From assembly GCA_964016885.1 (NCBI GenBank), contig OZ024757.1, positions 2,046,001 through 2,110,000 of the forward strand: DNA of 64,000 nt. The letters are read 5' to 3'. Each line of letters opens with the position of its first letter. The stretch's first letter is position 1. Below the pieces are notes generated by a model. It made no database searches. It was given only the letters and a program-made list of their open reading frames with translations, and had not been told where the DNA came from. The stretch comes from Eledone cirrhosa. Its lineage: Eukaryota. A program made the translations under genes and the position numbers. Of the stretch, positions 40,165 to 53,927 are shown one piece after another.

Positions 40165-42255
40165 ATCATCATTTTTACATTTTTTTCCACGCTTGCATGG
40201 GTTGGACAGGTCCTTCTCAACACACCATCTCTCCACTTGTCACGTTCCTTCATCTCCTCTCCCAGTCTCAGTGATTTAAGATCAGCTCACCACCTCTCTC
40301 CAGGTCTTCCTCTATTGCAACTTCCTTCCACTGGGATTTCCTGGTATTTCTCCACCCATCAGTCATTGTCCATACCAACAGTCTTCTCTCCTGTACACCA
40401 CCCCTGATCCCTCAATTCATCCAAACTCTGCCTTTCTCTCACATTTACATTGCACATCCAACAAAGCATGGTTGCTTCATTTCTCTCCAGTCTACATGTC
40501 CTCTGAAGTCACAGTCATCCTGTTCTACATGGGGAGAAACATTTTGTCAACAGAGGGAGTAGCTCTCTAAATTTCTTCCATACTATCCTTATTTTAGCTA
40601 TCATGCGCTCAGAGCACCATCCTCCACTGCTAATTAGGTAGCAGAAGGTATCAACCACATCTATGGATTCTTCCTGTGACTGGAAAAGGTTTATATTATT
40701 GGAATTCTTCTCGATTACTCCTGTGCATCTTCTACATGCAAAGTTCTCCTTCCTGTTAGTCTAATCGTTATCCTATAAATCTTTTGTGTACATTGTATAG
40801 AGTTTTTGCCAACTCCATTTCTACATATTGATCAGGGCCACTTCCCTTCCCCGGAGGAAGCCAAGTCCTATCTTCTCTTCTACTGACTTTAGTTTTGGTT
40901 AACTTTACACTCTGACCTTTTCATTCCAAATTCAGTTTCTATAATCCAAATTTATTTTCTAGTCCTTTTATGGTTTCAGCTATAAGAACCAAATCATCTG
41001 CATTTGAAGTTCCCATGGACAGCTTGTTTTAAACTCCTCTGTTATAGCCTGGAGAAAAATGATGAATTCCTTAAGGACGACCAGATAATAGATTGAGGTA
41101 CTCTGTCAAAGGCCTTCTCTAGATCAACAAAAAGTAAATATAGTGGCTTATTTTTGGCTAGGAACTTTTCTGATAGTTGCTTCACTAAGAAGAGGGCATC
41201 TGTAATACTTTCCAGGCATGAAACCAAACTGCATCTCATCTAATCTGACTAATTCCCTAATTAACTGTGTTAGAACTCTTTCTGCCACTTTCATAACTTG
41301 GTCCAGTGGTTTTATTCCTCTATAGTTGCTCCTTTCTAGAACATCACCTTTGCCCTAGTAGCAATTTATGATTCTACTACTGCACCAGTCATTGGATATG
41401 ACTGTCATGTATTATTTGATTTACTATATAGGTTACAAGTTTGACTCTTACCTCTCCCGATGCTTTTAGCATTTCATCAACTATCTCTGATGGTCCTTCA
41501 GCTTTACCTAAAACTGTTGACTTCAATAGCCTTTGGGTATGTTGGGAGTAGTTTCTCTTCTTCCCATTCATTCTCTATATTCCTCAATCTCTCATAACAA
41601 CATTTCCAAGCCTCTTTCTTTAGGGTATCAGTGGAGCTAAGTACACCAGCATCATTTCTAACTCAATTCCCCCAACAACACCATGATTTACACTAACACA
41701 CTGCCCTGCAATATGGAACACTTCACATCTCAATACATTGGTAAATTTACTTTCTTCAGCCTTTCTCCGAGCTGTTTATACTTGTCACCTAGCTTCTTTC
41801 TTAGCTACCTGGTACCGATCTCTGTTATCCCCATCTTTCCATGCCTGTCTCTTGTCTTTAATGACTATCCACCAGGTCACCCTCTGTCTGGCTGGTGCTT
41901 TACTCCAGTCACTAGTTTGCAAAAGGTTGCCACACATAAGATTTTCCAGTTGTCCTCTACGTTATATCTAGCCTGTCATCCCTCTCAAGTGCTTCCCACA
42001 AGGCCTTTCTAAACCTATATTTAACCGAAAGGTCCTTTAACTTCCAAACTATCCGTCTCCATATTTTTCTGCGTGTCTTGTGTTTATTTTGATATCACTA
42101 ACTTGTGCTGGGTGGTGCTTTCTTCCTTAGTATTTATATTAGTTCATTTATCTCTTTGTCTTACAAGTAAGTAATCAATTTGTTTCATGTGTTCACCTGA
42201 TATGAGATCAGATGATTAGCGGGGTTCCTGAAAATTGTGTTGCAAATGGTTAGTT
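40165..42255 (-). mobile_element. Degenerate RTE LINE (endonuclease to 3' tail)
   Basis: GKAEGPSEIVDEMLKASG; TDALFLVKQL..FVDLEKAFDRVP. Confidence 0.85.
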
Positions 42256-42603
42256 CGTTCGCATTAGTATATATAATTTAAGCATGTACATGTGTGTATA
42301 TATGTATATACAATTTATGTATGTGTGTGTATATGTATATATATAATTTTAAAAAACAACAAAAAGCACCTAGTCCACTCTGTAAATGTGGTTGGTGCTA
42401 GGAAGGGCATCCAGCCATAGAAAAAAAGCCAGAACCAGTTATGTATGAGCAAGAGACAGTCAACTGAGCTGGCTTGTCTCATAACAGGACAACTTGTCTA
42501 ACCCATGCTAGCATGGAAAAATGGATGTTAAACGATGATGATGATGATGAAGGAGAGGAGAGGAGAGTTATTTAACCAACTCCACGGGATGTGTGTTACA
42601 TAC

Positions 42604-42664
42604 CTCTTCGTCATCTAGATATGGTTCAAACCAGTCCCACAATTCCTGGGGTGGCTGAGTAAAT
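42604..42664 (-). CDS. PRPF38B: PRPF38B coding exon 4
   Basis: ttcttcag|A FTQPPQELWDWFEPYLDDEE|gtatgt; 61 nt, phase-compatible. Confidence 0.95.
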
Positions 42665-44112
42665 CTGAAGAAGAAAACAAGAAGACTTAAGTGAAGAATT
42701 TGGTTGACTCCTATGATGATTCAGCAGCAAATATCTAAATAGGGCTTTGTTAATTCTAATGTTTATAGTATCTTTATTAGGACAAATTGTCGTATTAAAG
42801 TAAATACAATTTTTAATGTGATGCAGACATAATGATGTGTTCTTCTGCCCAAGAATGTCTTGCTAAAACTATTTAACCCTTAACTGACCAGAATCCTCTC
42901 ACCTCTTTCTATTCAATCTGGCCATAACCTGCCACTCATACTGATGTTAAGGTATTGTTCTCAAAATAAATAACATCAAAATTTCAAAGATCCAATATTA
43001 TGTGAGATAATTGTGTAAGATAAAACCTTTACCAAAAAAATACAATATATAGAATAATATAAATGTTAAAGGGTTGGGAGAATATAAGTCAGACTAAACT
43101 AAGTCTCACTCACCTATGAGTGAGACTAACTTACTTACACTCTCCAAAATAGTTTTTTCCCACTTAAATTTAAGAAATATATTACTGATTCATTGAGATG
43201 TTTAACTTTAACATTTAAACAGGTCGTATCCGGCCAGAATCCTCTCACCTCTTTCTGTTCAAACTGGCCATAACCAGCTGCTCATACTGATGTTAAGGTA
43301 TTGTTCTCAAAATAAATAATATCAAAATCTTGCAAATTTGATATGTGATAAAAGTGTTTACTGTGAAAATACAAAAATAGTAAATATAGAGTAATGTAAA
43401 TACTAAAGGGTTAACTATTAGAGACTAATATATATATATAAACATCATTTAATGTCTATTTTTCCGTGCTTCCATGTGTTAGTTTGTCATGTTACAAAAC
43501 AAGTCAGTTTCGGAGACTATATCTTCCTCATACAGATCTGTATTTTTGCCTGGTTTCTACAGCTGGATGGCTTTCCTAACACCAGCCACAGGTTGTGTAG
43601 GTGTCACGACAAAAAGCACCCAGTCCACACTGTAATATGGTCATGTAGGTGTCACGACAAAAAGCACCCAGTCCACACTGTAAAGTGGTCATGTAGGTGT
43701 AATGACAAAAGCATCCAGTAGTCACTGTAAATGTGGTTGTCATTTGAAAGGACATCCAGCTGTAGAAACCAAGCCAAAATACAGATCCTTATGAGCAAGA
43801 CATGGTTATTTGACCTGACTTGTCTCACAACGAGACAGCATGTCTAACCCATGTTAGTGTGGAAAATGGACATTAAATGCTGCTGCTGCTATGCTCAGCC
43901 TGCCTAGCTGTAGATTTTGATATTGTCAAGTTTCACAACGATATGTCCACCAGTAAAGATACTATAAACATTTAGTACAAAACAACACTATGACTGTATC
44001 ACATTAAATATTAAAGTTTCCCAACAATCTGTCCAGTAGTAAAGATACTATAAACATGAATTCTGTGAAGTGATTAGATGATGTTTAAGAGTTACTATGA
44101 AATCATACTGAC

Positions 44113-44264
44113 CTGATATACATAAACCCTAGGGCTCTGATATAGGGAGAGTCTTGGTGACTGATCAAACCATTCACTTGTTTCTTCGTCAACCTTAATG
44201 TAAACAACTTATAAAGGAGACAGAATGCACTAGAAACAATACCACCAGCACCAACACCTCGCAC
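44113..44264 (-). CDS. PRPF38B: PRPF38B coding exon 3
   Basis: tttcag|VRGVGAGGIVSSAFCLLYKLFTLRLTKKQVNGLISHQDSPYIRALGFMYI AG|gtcagt; 152 nt. Confidence 0.96.
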
Positions 44265-44296
44265 CTGAAACAGACAATATCATTAGTAACCTCTAG

Positions 44297-46750
44297 CATT
44301 ACCATATTACTAATAAAGGACACTGCCTATGTCATTACCCCTTTCATTACCATATTTCTAATGAAAGACAGTGTCTATGTCATTACCCCTTTCATTACCA
44401 TATTTCTAATGAAAGACACTGCCTATGTCATTACCCCTTTCATTACCATATTTCTAATGAAAGACACTGTCTATGTCATTAACACTTTCATTACCATATT
44501 ACTAATGAAGGACAGTCTATGTCATTAACCCTTTCATTGCCATATTACTAATGAAAGACTGTCATTAACCCTTTCATAACCATATTTCTAATGAAAGACA
44601 CTGTCTATGTCATTAACCCTTTCATTACCATATTACTAATGACAGCCACTGTCTATGTCTTCAACCCTTTCATTACCATATTACTAATGAAAGACATTGT
44701 CTATGTCATTAACCCTTTCATTACCATATTACTAATGAAAGACACTGTCTATGTCATTAACCCTTTCATTACCATATTACTAATGACAGCCACTGTCTGT
44801 CATTAACCCTGTCATTACCATATTTCTAATGAAGGACACTGTCTATGTCATTAACCCTTTCATTACCATATTACTAATGACAGCCACTGTCTATGTGATT
44901 AACCCTGTCATTACCATATTTCTAATGAAAGACACTGTCTATGTCATTAACCCTTTCATTACCATATTACTAATGACAGACACTGTCTATGTCATTAACC
45001 CTGTCATTACCATATTTCTAATGACAGACACTGTCTATGTCTTCAACCCTTTCATTACCATATTTCTAATGAAAGACACTGTCTATGTCATTAACCCTTT
45101 CATTACCATATTACTAATGAAAGACACTGTCTATGTCATTAACCCTTTCATTACCATATTACTAATGAAAGACACTGTCTATGTCATTAACCCTTTCATT
45201 ACTATATTTCTAATGAAAGACACTGTCCATGTCATTAACCCTTTCATTACCATATTTCTAATGACAGACACTGTCTATGTCATTAACCCTTTCATTACCA
45301 TATTACTAATGAAAGACACTGCCTATGTCTTTACCCCTTTCATTACCATATTTCTAATGAAAGACACTGTCTATGTCATTAACACTTTCATTACCATATT
45401 ACTAATGAAGGACAGTCTATGTCATTAACCCTTTCATTGCCATATTACTAATGAAAGACTGTCATTAACCCTTTCATAACCATATTTCTAATGAAAGACA
45501 CTGTCTATGTCATTAACCCTTTCATTACCATATTACTAATGACAGCCACTGTCTATGTCTTCAACCCTTTCATTACCATATTACTAATGAAAGACATTGT
45601 CTATGTCATTAACCCTTTCATTACCATATTACTAATGAAAGACACTGTCTATGTCATTAACCCTTTCATTACCATATTACTAATGACAGCCACTGTCTGT
45701 CATTAACCCTGTCATTACCATATTTCTAATGAAGGACACTGTCTATGTCATTAACCCTTTCATTACCATATTACTAATGACAGACACTGTCTATGTCATT
45801 AACCCTGTCATTACCATATTTCTAATGACAGACACTGTCTATGTCTTCAACCCTTTCATTACCATATTTCTAATGAAAGACACTGTCTATGTCATTAACC
45901 CTTTCATTACCATATTACTAATGAAAGACACTGTCTATGTCATTAACCCTTTCATTACCATATTACTAATGAAAGACACTGTCTATGTCATTAACCCTTT
46001 CATTACTATATTTCTAATGAAAGACACTGTCCATGTCATTAACCCTTTCATTACCATATTTCTAATGACAGACACTGTCTATGTCATTAACCCTTTCATT
46101 ACCATATTACTAATGAAAGACACTGTCTATGCCATTAACCCTTTCATTACCATATTACTAATGAAAGACACTGTCTATGTCATTAACCCTTTCATTACCA
46201 TATTTCTAATGAAGGACACTGTCTATGTCATTAACCCTTTCATTACCATATTTCTAATGACAGACACTGTCTATGTCATTAACCCTTTCATTACCATATT
46301 ACTAATGAAAGACACTGTCTATGTCATTAACCCTTTCAATACCATATTTCTAATGAAAGACACTGTCTATGCCATTAACCCTTTCAATACCATATTACTA
46401 ATGAAGGACACTGTCTATGTCATTAACCCTTTCATTACCATATTTCTAATGAAAGACACTGTCTATGCCATTAACCCTTTCAATACCATATTACTAATGA
46501 AGGACACTGTCTATGTCATTAACCCTTTCATTACCATATTTCTAATGAAAGACATTGTCTATGTCATTAACCCTTTCATTACCATATTACTAATGAAGGA
46601 CACTGTCTATGTCATTAACCCTTTCATTACCATATTACTAATGAAGGACACTGTCTATGTCATTAACCCTTTCATTACCATATTACTAATGAAGGACACT
46701 GTCTATGTCATTAACCCTTTCATTACCATATTACTAATGAAGGACACTAC
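44297..46750. repeat. 51-bp intronic minisatellite, about 48 copies
   Basis: Unit CATTACCATATT(A/T)CTAATGAAAGACACTGTCTATGTCATTAACCCTTT; includes a 900-bp second-order duplication. Confidence 0.97.
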
Positions 46751-47176
46751 CTATAATTTTCAAAATAATCAGAATTTGGAAGGTTGCTGTAAAATAACAT
46801 TATCTATCTGGTGTTTGAAATGTAACATAAAGGTTCTTAAAATCATAACTGTTTCTACATTTGGCACAAGGACAGCAATTACCCAGTGCATTACTGGTAC
46901 TTTATTTTATCAGTAATGCACTGATAAAAATCATAATGGAAGGTATTTAGACAAATGCAAACATTTTTTAATAGGCCTGAGCAACATTTATAAAATGGGG
47001 TCTCATGTAAACTAATTCTGTTTTATTAAAATAAATCAATGAAGACAACCTAGAAAAATGACTGATCACTGGAAGGAGTGAGTTCTCTGCCCCCCCCCCC
47101 CCCCCCTCCCTCTCAGGAATAAGTGGGTGAAGAAGATATGAATATTGAAGAGAACAGCAACAACTACAATACTTAC

Positions 47177-47245
47177 ACCACCACACATTCCAGTCTGACC
47201 AGCAGTCTTTCGACTTCCTTTCTCCCACGGTTCCAAATGAGACAC
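47177..47245 (-). CDS. PRPF38B: PRPF38B coding exon 2
   Basis: ccaccag|VSHLEPWEKGSRKTAGQTGMCGG|gtaagt; 69 nt. Confidence 0.96.
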
Positions 47246-47337
47246 CTGGTGGCAAAGAGTGAAACAAGAGTTACTGTAAACAACAGAAAAGGGGAGACAA
47301 CTTGTCGAGAAAGAGCGAGAAATAGAGTTAGGTGAAT

Positions 47338-47840
47338 AGACAGATAGATAGAGAGCCAGATGGATAGATTGATAGGTAGAGAGAGAGAGATGGATAGATT
47401 GATAGGTAGAGAGAGAGAGATGGATAGATTGATAGGTAGAGAGAGAGAGATGGATAGATTGATAGGTAGAGAGAGAGAGGTGGATAGATTGATAGGTAGA
47501 GAGATAGAGATAGATTAATAGGTAGAGAGAGAGAGAGAGATAGATTGATAGGTAGAGAGAGAGATGGATAGATTGATAGGTAGAGAGAGAGAGAGAGAGA
47601 GAGATGGATAGATAGGTAGGTAAAGAGAGAGAGAGAGAGATGGATAGATAGGTAGGTAGAGAGAGAGAGATGGATAGATAGGTAGAGAGAGAGAGAGAGA
47701 GAGATGGATAGATAGGTAGGTAGAGAGAGAGAGAGAGAGATGGATAGATAGGTAGGTAGAGAGAGAGAGATGGATAGATAGGTAGAGAGAGAGAGAGAGA
47801 GAGATGGATAGATAGGTAGAGAAAGATAGACAGACAGACA
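47338..47840. repeat. (GATA)/(GA) compound microsatellite in intron
   Basis: Directly visible. Confidence 0.9.
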
Positions 47841-47900
47841 TAGGAGGGAGAATAAAATGTATAAAAAAAAGACCAGATGAAAATACCTGGAGTCACGTAC

Positions 47901-48056
47901 TTTGTAATAGATCTCATCTATCACTTCATGGTAAGTTTTCAGTTCATAGAGATTGACCTTGAAGTAAGGGGATGACTGTATATTGGTCAGGATCAAAGTG
48001 TTTAGATTCATTGTTTTCTCATTACCCCATATCGACAGAGGGTTGTTAGGTGCCAT
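47901..48056 (-). CDS. PRPF38B: PRPF38B coding exon 1 (start codon; exon probably begins at 48091)
   Basis: MAPNNPLSIWGNEKTMNLNTLILTNIQSSPYFKVNLYELKTYHEVIDEIYYK|gtacgt; in-frame TGA upstream; acceptor ttttccag at 48092-48099. Confidence 0.95.
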
Positions 48057-48391
48057 TCTCCTAACACTTACCTCTTTCAATCACCTCTGATCTGGAAAAT
48101 GGGCAGAAAAAAAGTTTATATATATATATATATACCAGGTTGCTAACACAAATATATATATACACCCAGTACTCACTGTAAATGTGGTTGGTGTTAGGAA
48201 GGGCATCCGGTTGTAGAAAACCTGCCAGATAGTCCTATATGAGCGAGACACAGTCAGCCAACCCAACTTGCCTCTAAATGGGACAAATCTGTCTAACCCA
48301 TGCTAGTGTGGAAGATAGAAGTTAAACGATGATGATGATGACACACATACTGGGGTGCTAACAAGTTTATATATATATACATACACACACA

Positions 48392-48600
48392 TACCAGGGT
48401 GCTGCTGAAAAGTTGCTGGCTTTGGTTAAAAGAAAATACAGGAGGATCAGTTAATGATTTTATTCAACATATTCCCCAGATTCGCAGACTTATTGCAGTG
48501 GTTCTACCTCTCCTGTAACGGTAAGAACTCAACCTCCCATGTAAAGGTAACAGTCTTACCCTTTCATGATACCCTTAAAACCTCTTCAGAACCCCGGTAC
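48392..48600. mobile_element. Mariner-derived MITE
   Basis: TACCAGGGTGCTG..AAAAGTT / AACCTCTTCAGAACCCCGGTA imperfect TIRs with TA flanks. Confidence 0.6.
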
Positions 48601-49184
48601 TAGTGTCGATAAATGAACTGAGAGAAAGAAATGGGGCATAAGAGGAATGAGATGCAGTGTACAGGAGAGGAGAAGAGACTGCGGTGGTATGGCCCATGTG
48701 TGATGCTGTATAAAAAGGTGCAGAACGTTCAAAGTTGATGGAAGTTACAGAGTAGGAAGACCTATGAAGGTGATAAAAGCTGATCTTGCACACTTGCACC
48801 TCTCGAAATGTGGGTTGAAGCATACATCTAGTATGAACCATCTTCCCCCTCCTGTCTCACAACAGGACAACTCGTCTAACCCATGCTAGTGTGGAAAAAT
48901 AGACATTCAATGGTGATGCTGCTGCAACAAACCAATCATTACACAATATTGTATCAAAATAATATTGACATGCAGCATCTAAACCAGCTATATCTGGCCA
49001 GAATTCTATTACCTCTTTCTGTTCAAACCGGTTGTAACTGGCCACTCATAATGATGTTAGGGTATTGTTTTCAAAATAAATATCTAAATCTCTTGAACCG
49101 ATATTATACAACAGTATATATAGAGTAATGTAAATGGTATGTGAGATATGTGAGGTAAAGCCTTTACTGTGAAAATACAATAGT

Positions 49185-50145
49185 ATCATCACCATCATGG
49201 TTTTTACGTCCGTTCTTCCATGCTAGCATGGGTTAGACGGGTTGTCCTGTTGTGGGCAGTGTCTGGTCGGCTGACCATGCCTTGCTCATACAGGAACTGA
49301 TTTGGCTTGATTTCTACATCTGGATGCCCTTCCTAACACCAACCTCATTTACAGTGAGTGCTGGGTGCTTTTTCGTGGCGCCTACACGTCCACTTTACAG
49401 TGTGGGCTGGGTGCTTTTTTGTCGTGGCACCTCCACAACCACCTTGCAGTGGGAGCATATTGTCTATATGCTTCAGCTTGTACCCATGGGAGGTCGGGTA
49501 CTCTGTATTACTGTGTGACACCAGAGGTCACGGTCGTGTGTCATCGCCTTTGAGGTGTAATTGGGTAAGGTCGGCTTTTATCACCTCATCCCAGATCATC
49601 TTGGGTCTCCCCACTCCGTGATTTCCATTGACTTCTAGTGCTCTGCACCTTTTTATGCAGCTATCATCCTTCATACGCATCACATGTCCATACCATCACA
49701 ACCGCCTCTCCTGCACACAGCATTTGATTCGTCTTATGCTCAGTCTCTCTTTCAATTCATTTATGCTTTGTCGTTCGTGTATATTACTATTACACATCCA
49801 TCGGAGCATGCAGGCTTCGTTTCTTTCTAATCTACGTAAGTCACCTTCAGCGCCCAGGTCTCACTACCATGTAACATTGCTGTTCGGATACACGCATCAT
49901 ACAGTCTGCCTTTCATTTTGAGGGAGAAGCCTTTTGCAGCTAGCAGTGGTAGTAGTTCCCTGAACTTCTTCCATCCCGTTCTTACCCTAGTTATTGTACT
50001 TTCTGAACACCCACTTCCGCTGCTAATTCGGTCACCTAGGTAGCAGAAGCTGTCTACTGTCTCTACAGAGCCCTCCCAGAGATTGGTGGTACTTGTTTCC
50101 TGTGGCTGTTTGCTGCTTGCTGCATGTGAAGCCTACATTCTTAAT
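49185..50145 (-). mobile_element. RTE LINE 3' fragment nested in a piggyBac-type MITE
   Basis: Highly similar to 54463-55465; MITE sequence on both sides. Confidence 0.9.
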
Positions 50146-51026
50146 TAGTATATATAGAGTAATGTAAATGTTATGTGAGATATTATGTGAGGTAAAGCCT
50201 TTAGTGTGAAAATACAATAGTATTTATAGAGTAATGTTAATGTTATGTGAGATATTATGCAAAGTAAAGCCTTTACTGTGAAAATATAATAGTATATATA
50301 GAGTAATGTAAATATTATGTGAGGTAAAGCCTTTACTGTGAAAATACAATAGTATATATAGAGTAATGTAAATATTATGTGAGGTAAAGCCTTTACTGTG
50401 AAAATACAATAGTATATATAGAGTAATGTAAATATTATGTGAGGTAAAGCCTTTACTGTAAAAATACAATAGTATATATAGAGTGACGTAAATGCTAAAG
50501 GGTTAAATCAATAGTTTTAAACTTTTGAAATAACTGAAGACAACAGAAACTTGGTTTTAATCTATTTCTAATCCCAATTCTTATCAATAAAAACAGAATT
50601 ATCAACTTTCTCTTTTCTCATTTTCTACCTACAATGTTTGTATCAAATTTATGAGAAACTACAGATTCTAGCATGATCATTCTTCTATATGTTAATACTT
50701 TTCTGGGTACCCTGACGTGATTTACAGCACATGAAGGTGGTTATTTAACCCTTTCTTACCTACTTGTACCTGTGACAGCATTCACCCAGGGTGGGTTAAG
50801 CTTCGTTCATTGAAGAAATTCAGTGTCTCTCACGAATGCTGATTAGAGGCAATTGAATCAGTGAGGGCCAACCAATCGTGATTCGAACGGTGGGTACCAA
50901 ACACATTTGGGCCCAGGTGGACTTTGACGTCACTTTTCACGATGTGCAGCCAAGTTTTCAGCTGTCCACCACATCATTTGAGCCATCCACAAAGCAGTTG
51001 TATTTTTTATTTAAAATAATAATAAT

Positions 51027-51452
51027 GAAAATTATTGTGTACAGTGCTCAGGTGCACTACAACTCATCAAAGGTGCATGTATAGTACATAGAATAATTGT
51101 TTCTATTTTTGGCACAAGGCCAACAATTACCCCAGAGCATTACTGGTACTTTATTTAAGAACCCCGTAGTTAACCTTGGCAAGATTTGAACTCAGATCGT
51201 AAAGGGCCACAACTGTGTGCTGCAAAGCATGTTGTCTGATGCTCTACCGATTCTGCCAATCCACCACCTATAGAATAACATTCAAATCAGGAAATTGAAG
51301 TGTATGAGTCATGATATATACATAAACACACCACACACATGCATATGGAAGGAAAATATCGTGTGCAACGTTGAGGAATTTCAGGAAGCCTGGAAGTTTT
51401 AAAGCAGTGTCCTGACAGCTAACAACTGATGCAGGTAGTTTGTTCCATGATT
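51027..51452 (-). mobile_element. CR1/L2-like LINE 3' end with nested family A SINE (about 51097-51268)
   Basis: WNKLPASVV remnant; SINE flanked by duplicated TAGAATAA; homologous to 63423-63713. Confidence 0.65.
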
Positions 51453-52421
51453 TCATTAAGATGCTAACCTAAGATATGGCCCTTATATAAAATTTAAAAC
51501 TTCTCAGTATTTAAACCGGCTAGAATTCTCTCAACACTTTCTGTTCAAACTGGCTGCTCATACTTATGTTAAGATATTGTTCTCAAAATAAATAATATCA
51601 AAATCTCATAGATTTGATTTTACATAATCAGAACCAGTTTTAGGCAGTTTGGTAATGGAGGGGTTAAAATCTAAAAGGAATATGGTTAGAAACTGAATTT
51701 TTCATAAAAATATTGACATTCTGAAAACAGGAAAATAACATTTCCATAGCAGTGGATCTACACCCAGTCCACTCTGTAAAATGGTAGTGGTGGTGGTGTT
51801 ATAATAAAATACACCCAGTATATTCTGTAAAATGATAGTGTTGGTGTCATGATACAATACACCCAGTACACTATGTAAAATGGTAGTGTTGGTGCCATAA
51901 TAAAATGGAACGTATAGGTAGGACATGGTCACATGACCTATCTAGTCACAGAACTGGTCACATGACCTATCTAGTCACAGAACTGCCTGTTGGTCTAATA
52001 TAGTTGATGGTCTTATAGCATTAAGAAATGAGATTTATTACATGTGGTTGAGAGTCACAGCTGGTCAGATCAATACTGGACTGAAGCTGAGATTAATATA
52101 ATATTGATTGTCTTGGATTTTTTGTCAGTCTGTCACACAACCACTAGACTCTCACAAAACTGTTCTAAAATGGAGTTTAGTGATTTCATTCATTATACAT
52201 ACATACACACATATACATGTGTGTATATACATATATATATATGTGTCACATGAATGCTACAATCTATAAGATATTTCTGGAACATTTCCATTCATGCCAT
52301 TTTAATTACTTGTGTATAAACACACACAAACATACATATATATACACACACAAATACATATATACACACACATAAATACATATACACAAACATTATATAC
52401 ATACATACACACACATATATA

Positions 52422-52760
52422 GTTATACTTTGGGAGGGCCATGTTGCCAATAAAAACACACACGCACCTGTTGGTTTCCGTGCCCTAAACCCATTACCCT
52501 CCCCAATCTTCTGACACTACAACCCTTCCTTTTCCCTCTTTTTAAATATTTTCCTATTTTACATTCTATCTTTCTTCTCAATCTATATTTTCCTTTTCTA
52601 TTTATTATAATGTCCGGTTGGTTTAACAACTAGACAACCATCTGGTTATTAAACCAACAGGTGTGTGTTTTACTGGCAGCATGACCCTCCCAAACTATAA
52701 CAATATCTGTTTAAATACAAGTTTTCAGATAAAAAATCTTGCAAAACAAATACAAAGTCG
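52422..52760. mobile_element. Short fold-back remnant of the Penelope terminus seen at 9655-9760
   Basis: GTTATACTTTGGGAGGGCCATGTTGCCAATAA ... TGGCAGCATGACCCTCCCAAACTATAACAATAT..TTTTCAGATAAA. Confidence 0.65.
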
Positions 52761-53927
52761 TTGTCATCACCATTTTACATCCATTTATCCATGGGTTAGA
52801 CGAGTTGTCCTGTTGTGAGCAATTCCAGGTCAGGCATTGCTCACACACAACTGATTCTGGCTTGATTTCTACAGCTGGATGCCCTTCCTAACACTGGATG
52901 CTATATATCATCATCATCATCGTTTAACGTCCATCTTCCACACTAGCATGGGTTAGACGGTTTTGTTCTATTTGATACAGGAAAGGATAGGAGACCGTGT
53001 CTCACTAGTACAGAAGTGCCTCTGGCCGGTTTTCTACAGCTGGATGCCCTTCCTAACACCAACCACGTTTACAGTGTGGACTGGGAGCCTTTTTACCGTG
53101 TCTCCTACATGACCACTAAATATATATATATACACAGAGAAATTCCGTTATAGCAAAATTCATGGGGTATAAAAAGAAATTTGTTGTAATGAAAAGTTCT
53201 TTATAAAGAGATCGACCAAAACAATTACCTGCATATGAAATACCAATGAGGGTTGGAAGATCACTGATGAAGGACTAACTTTATTCATATGTAACCCATT
53301 TGCAACCATGCAGCACGTTTGTTTCCATATTCACACATATATTTTCCTCCGCTGTGACCCGTCTATTTCGTTCTTACTGCTTCCTCTTTCTCTGTATCTT
53401 TCACCTCCTCTTACCCTCTCTAACCATCACTCTCTGTTAGCCTCTTCCTCACCCTTCACTCACTCCCTCTCCTACTTCCTCCCGTTTGACCTGTGCGTAA
53501 TTCTTTTCTCGCGCATGCTTGACCAGGCTGGTTGTTCCTTTTTTCTCTCTTGTCTACGATTTCACAGAGCTTATGTTCACCGAATTCAGGGACTAGACTC
53601 CTTCCTCCTCCCGTTTGACCTGTGCGGAATTCCTTCCTTGCTCACATTTCGACTAGGTTTGATGGTCTTTATTCTCTCTCGTTCACGATTTCACCGAACT
53701 TATATTCATGGAAATCTGGGACTTGACTCCTTCACTTTTCGTTGCATTACCATCTTTGTTTGTTTACACTCTCGCTCGTTCCCCTTATTTGTCCCAACGA
53801 CTTTCTTTAGCCGTTGCTCGCACCAACCGGAGGTATATGGTCTTTAAAGCGATGAAATACCAATGAAGGACTAACTTTATTCATATGTAACCCATTTGCA
53901 ACCACACAGCACGTTTGTTTTCATATT

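Noticed and set aside
44591-46916. 17-aa repeat 'proteins' (MKDTVYVINPFITILL)
   Set aside because: Result of a 51-bp unit divisible by three; broken by frameshifting units and antisense within an intron
47066-48080. 250- and 283-aa ORFs as single-exon genes
   Set aside because: PRPF38B exons read through into an intronic (TC/TATC) microsatellite; canonical splice sites delimit the real exons
53264-53300. CTGATGA as a hammerhead core (also near 30705)
   Set aside because: No properly placed GAAA box or stems
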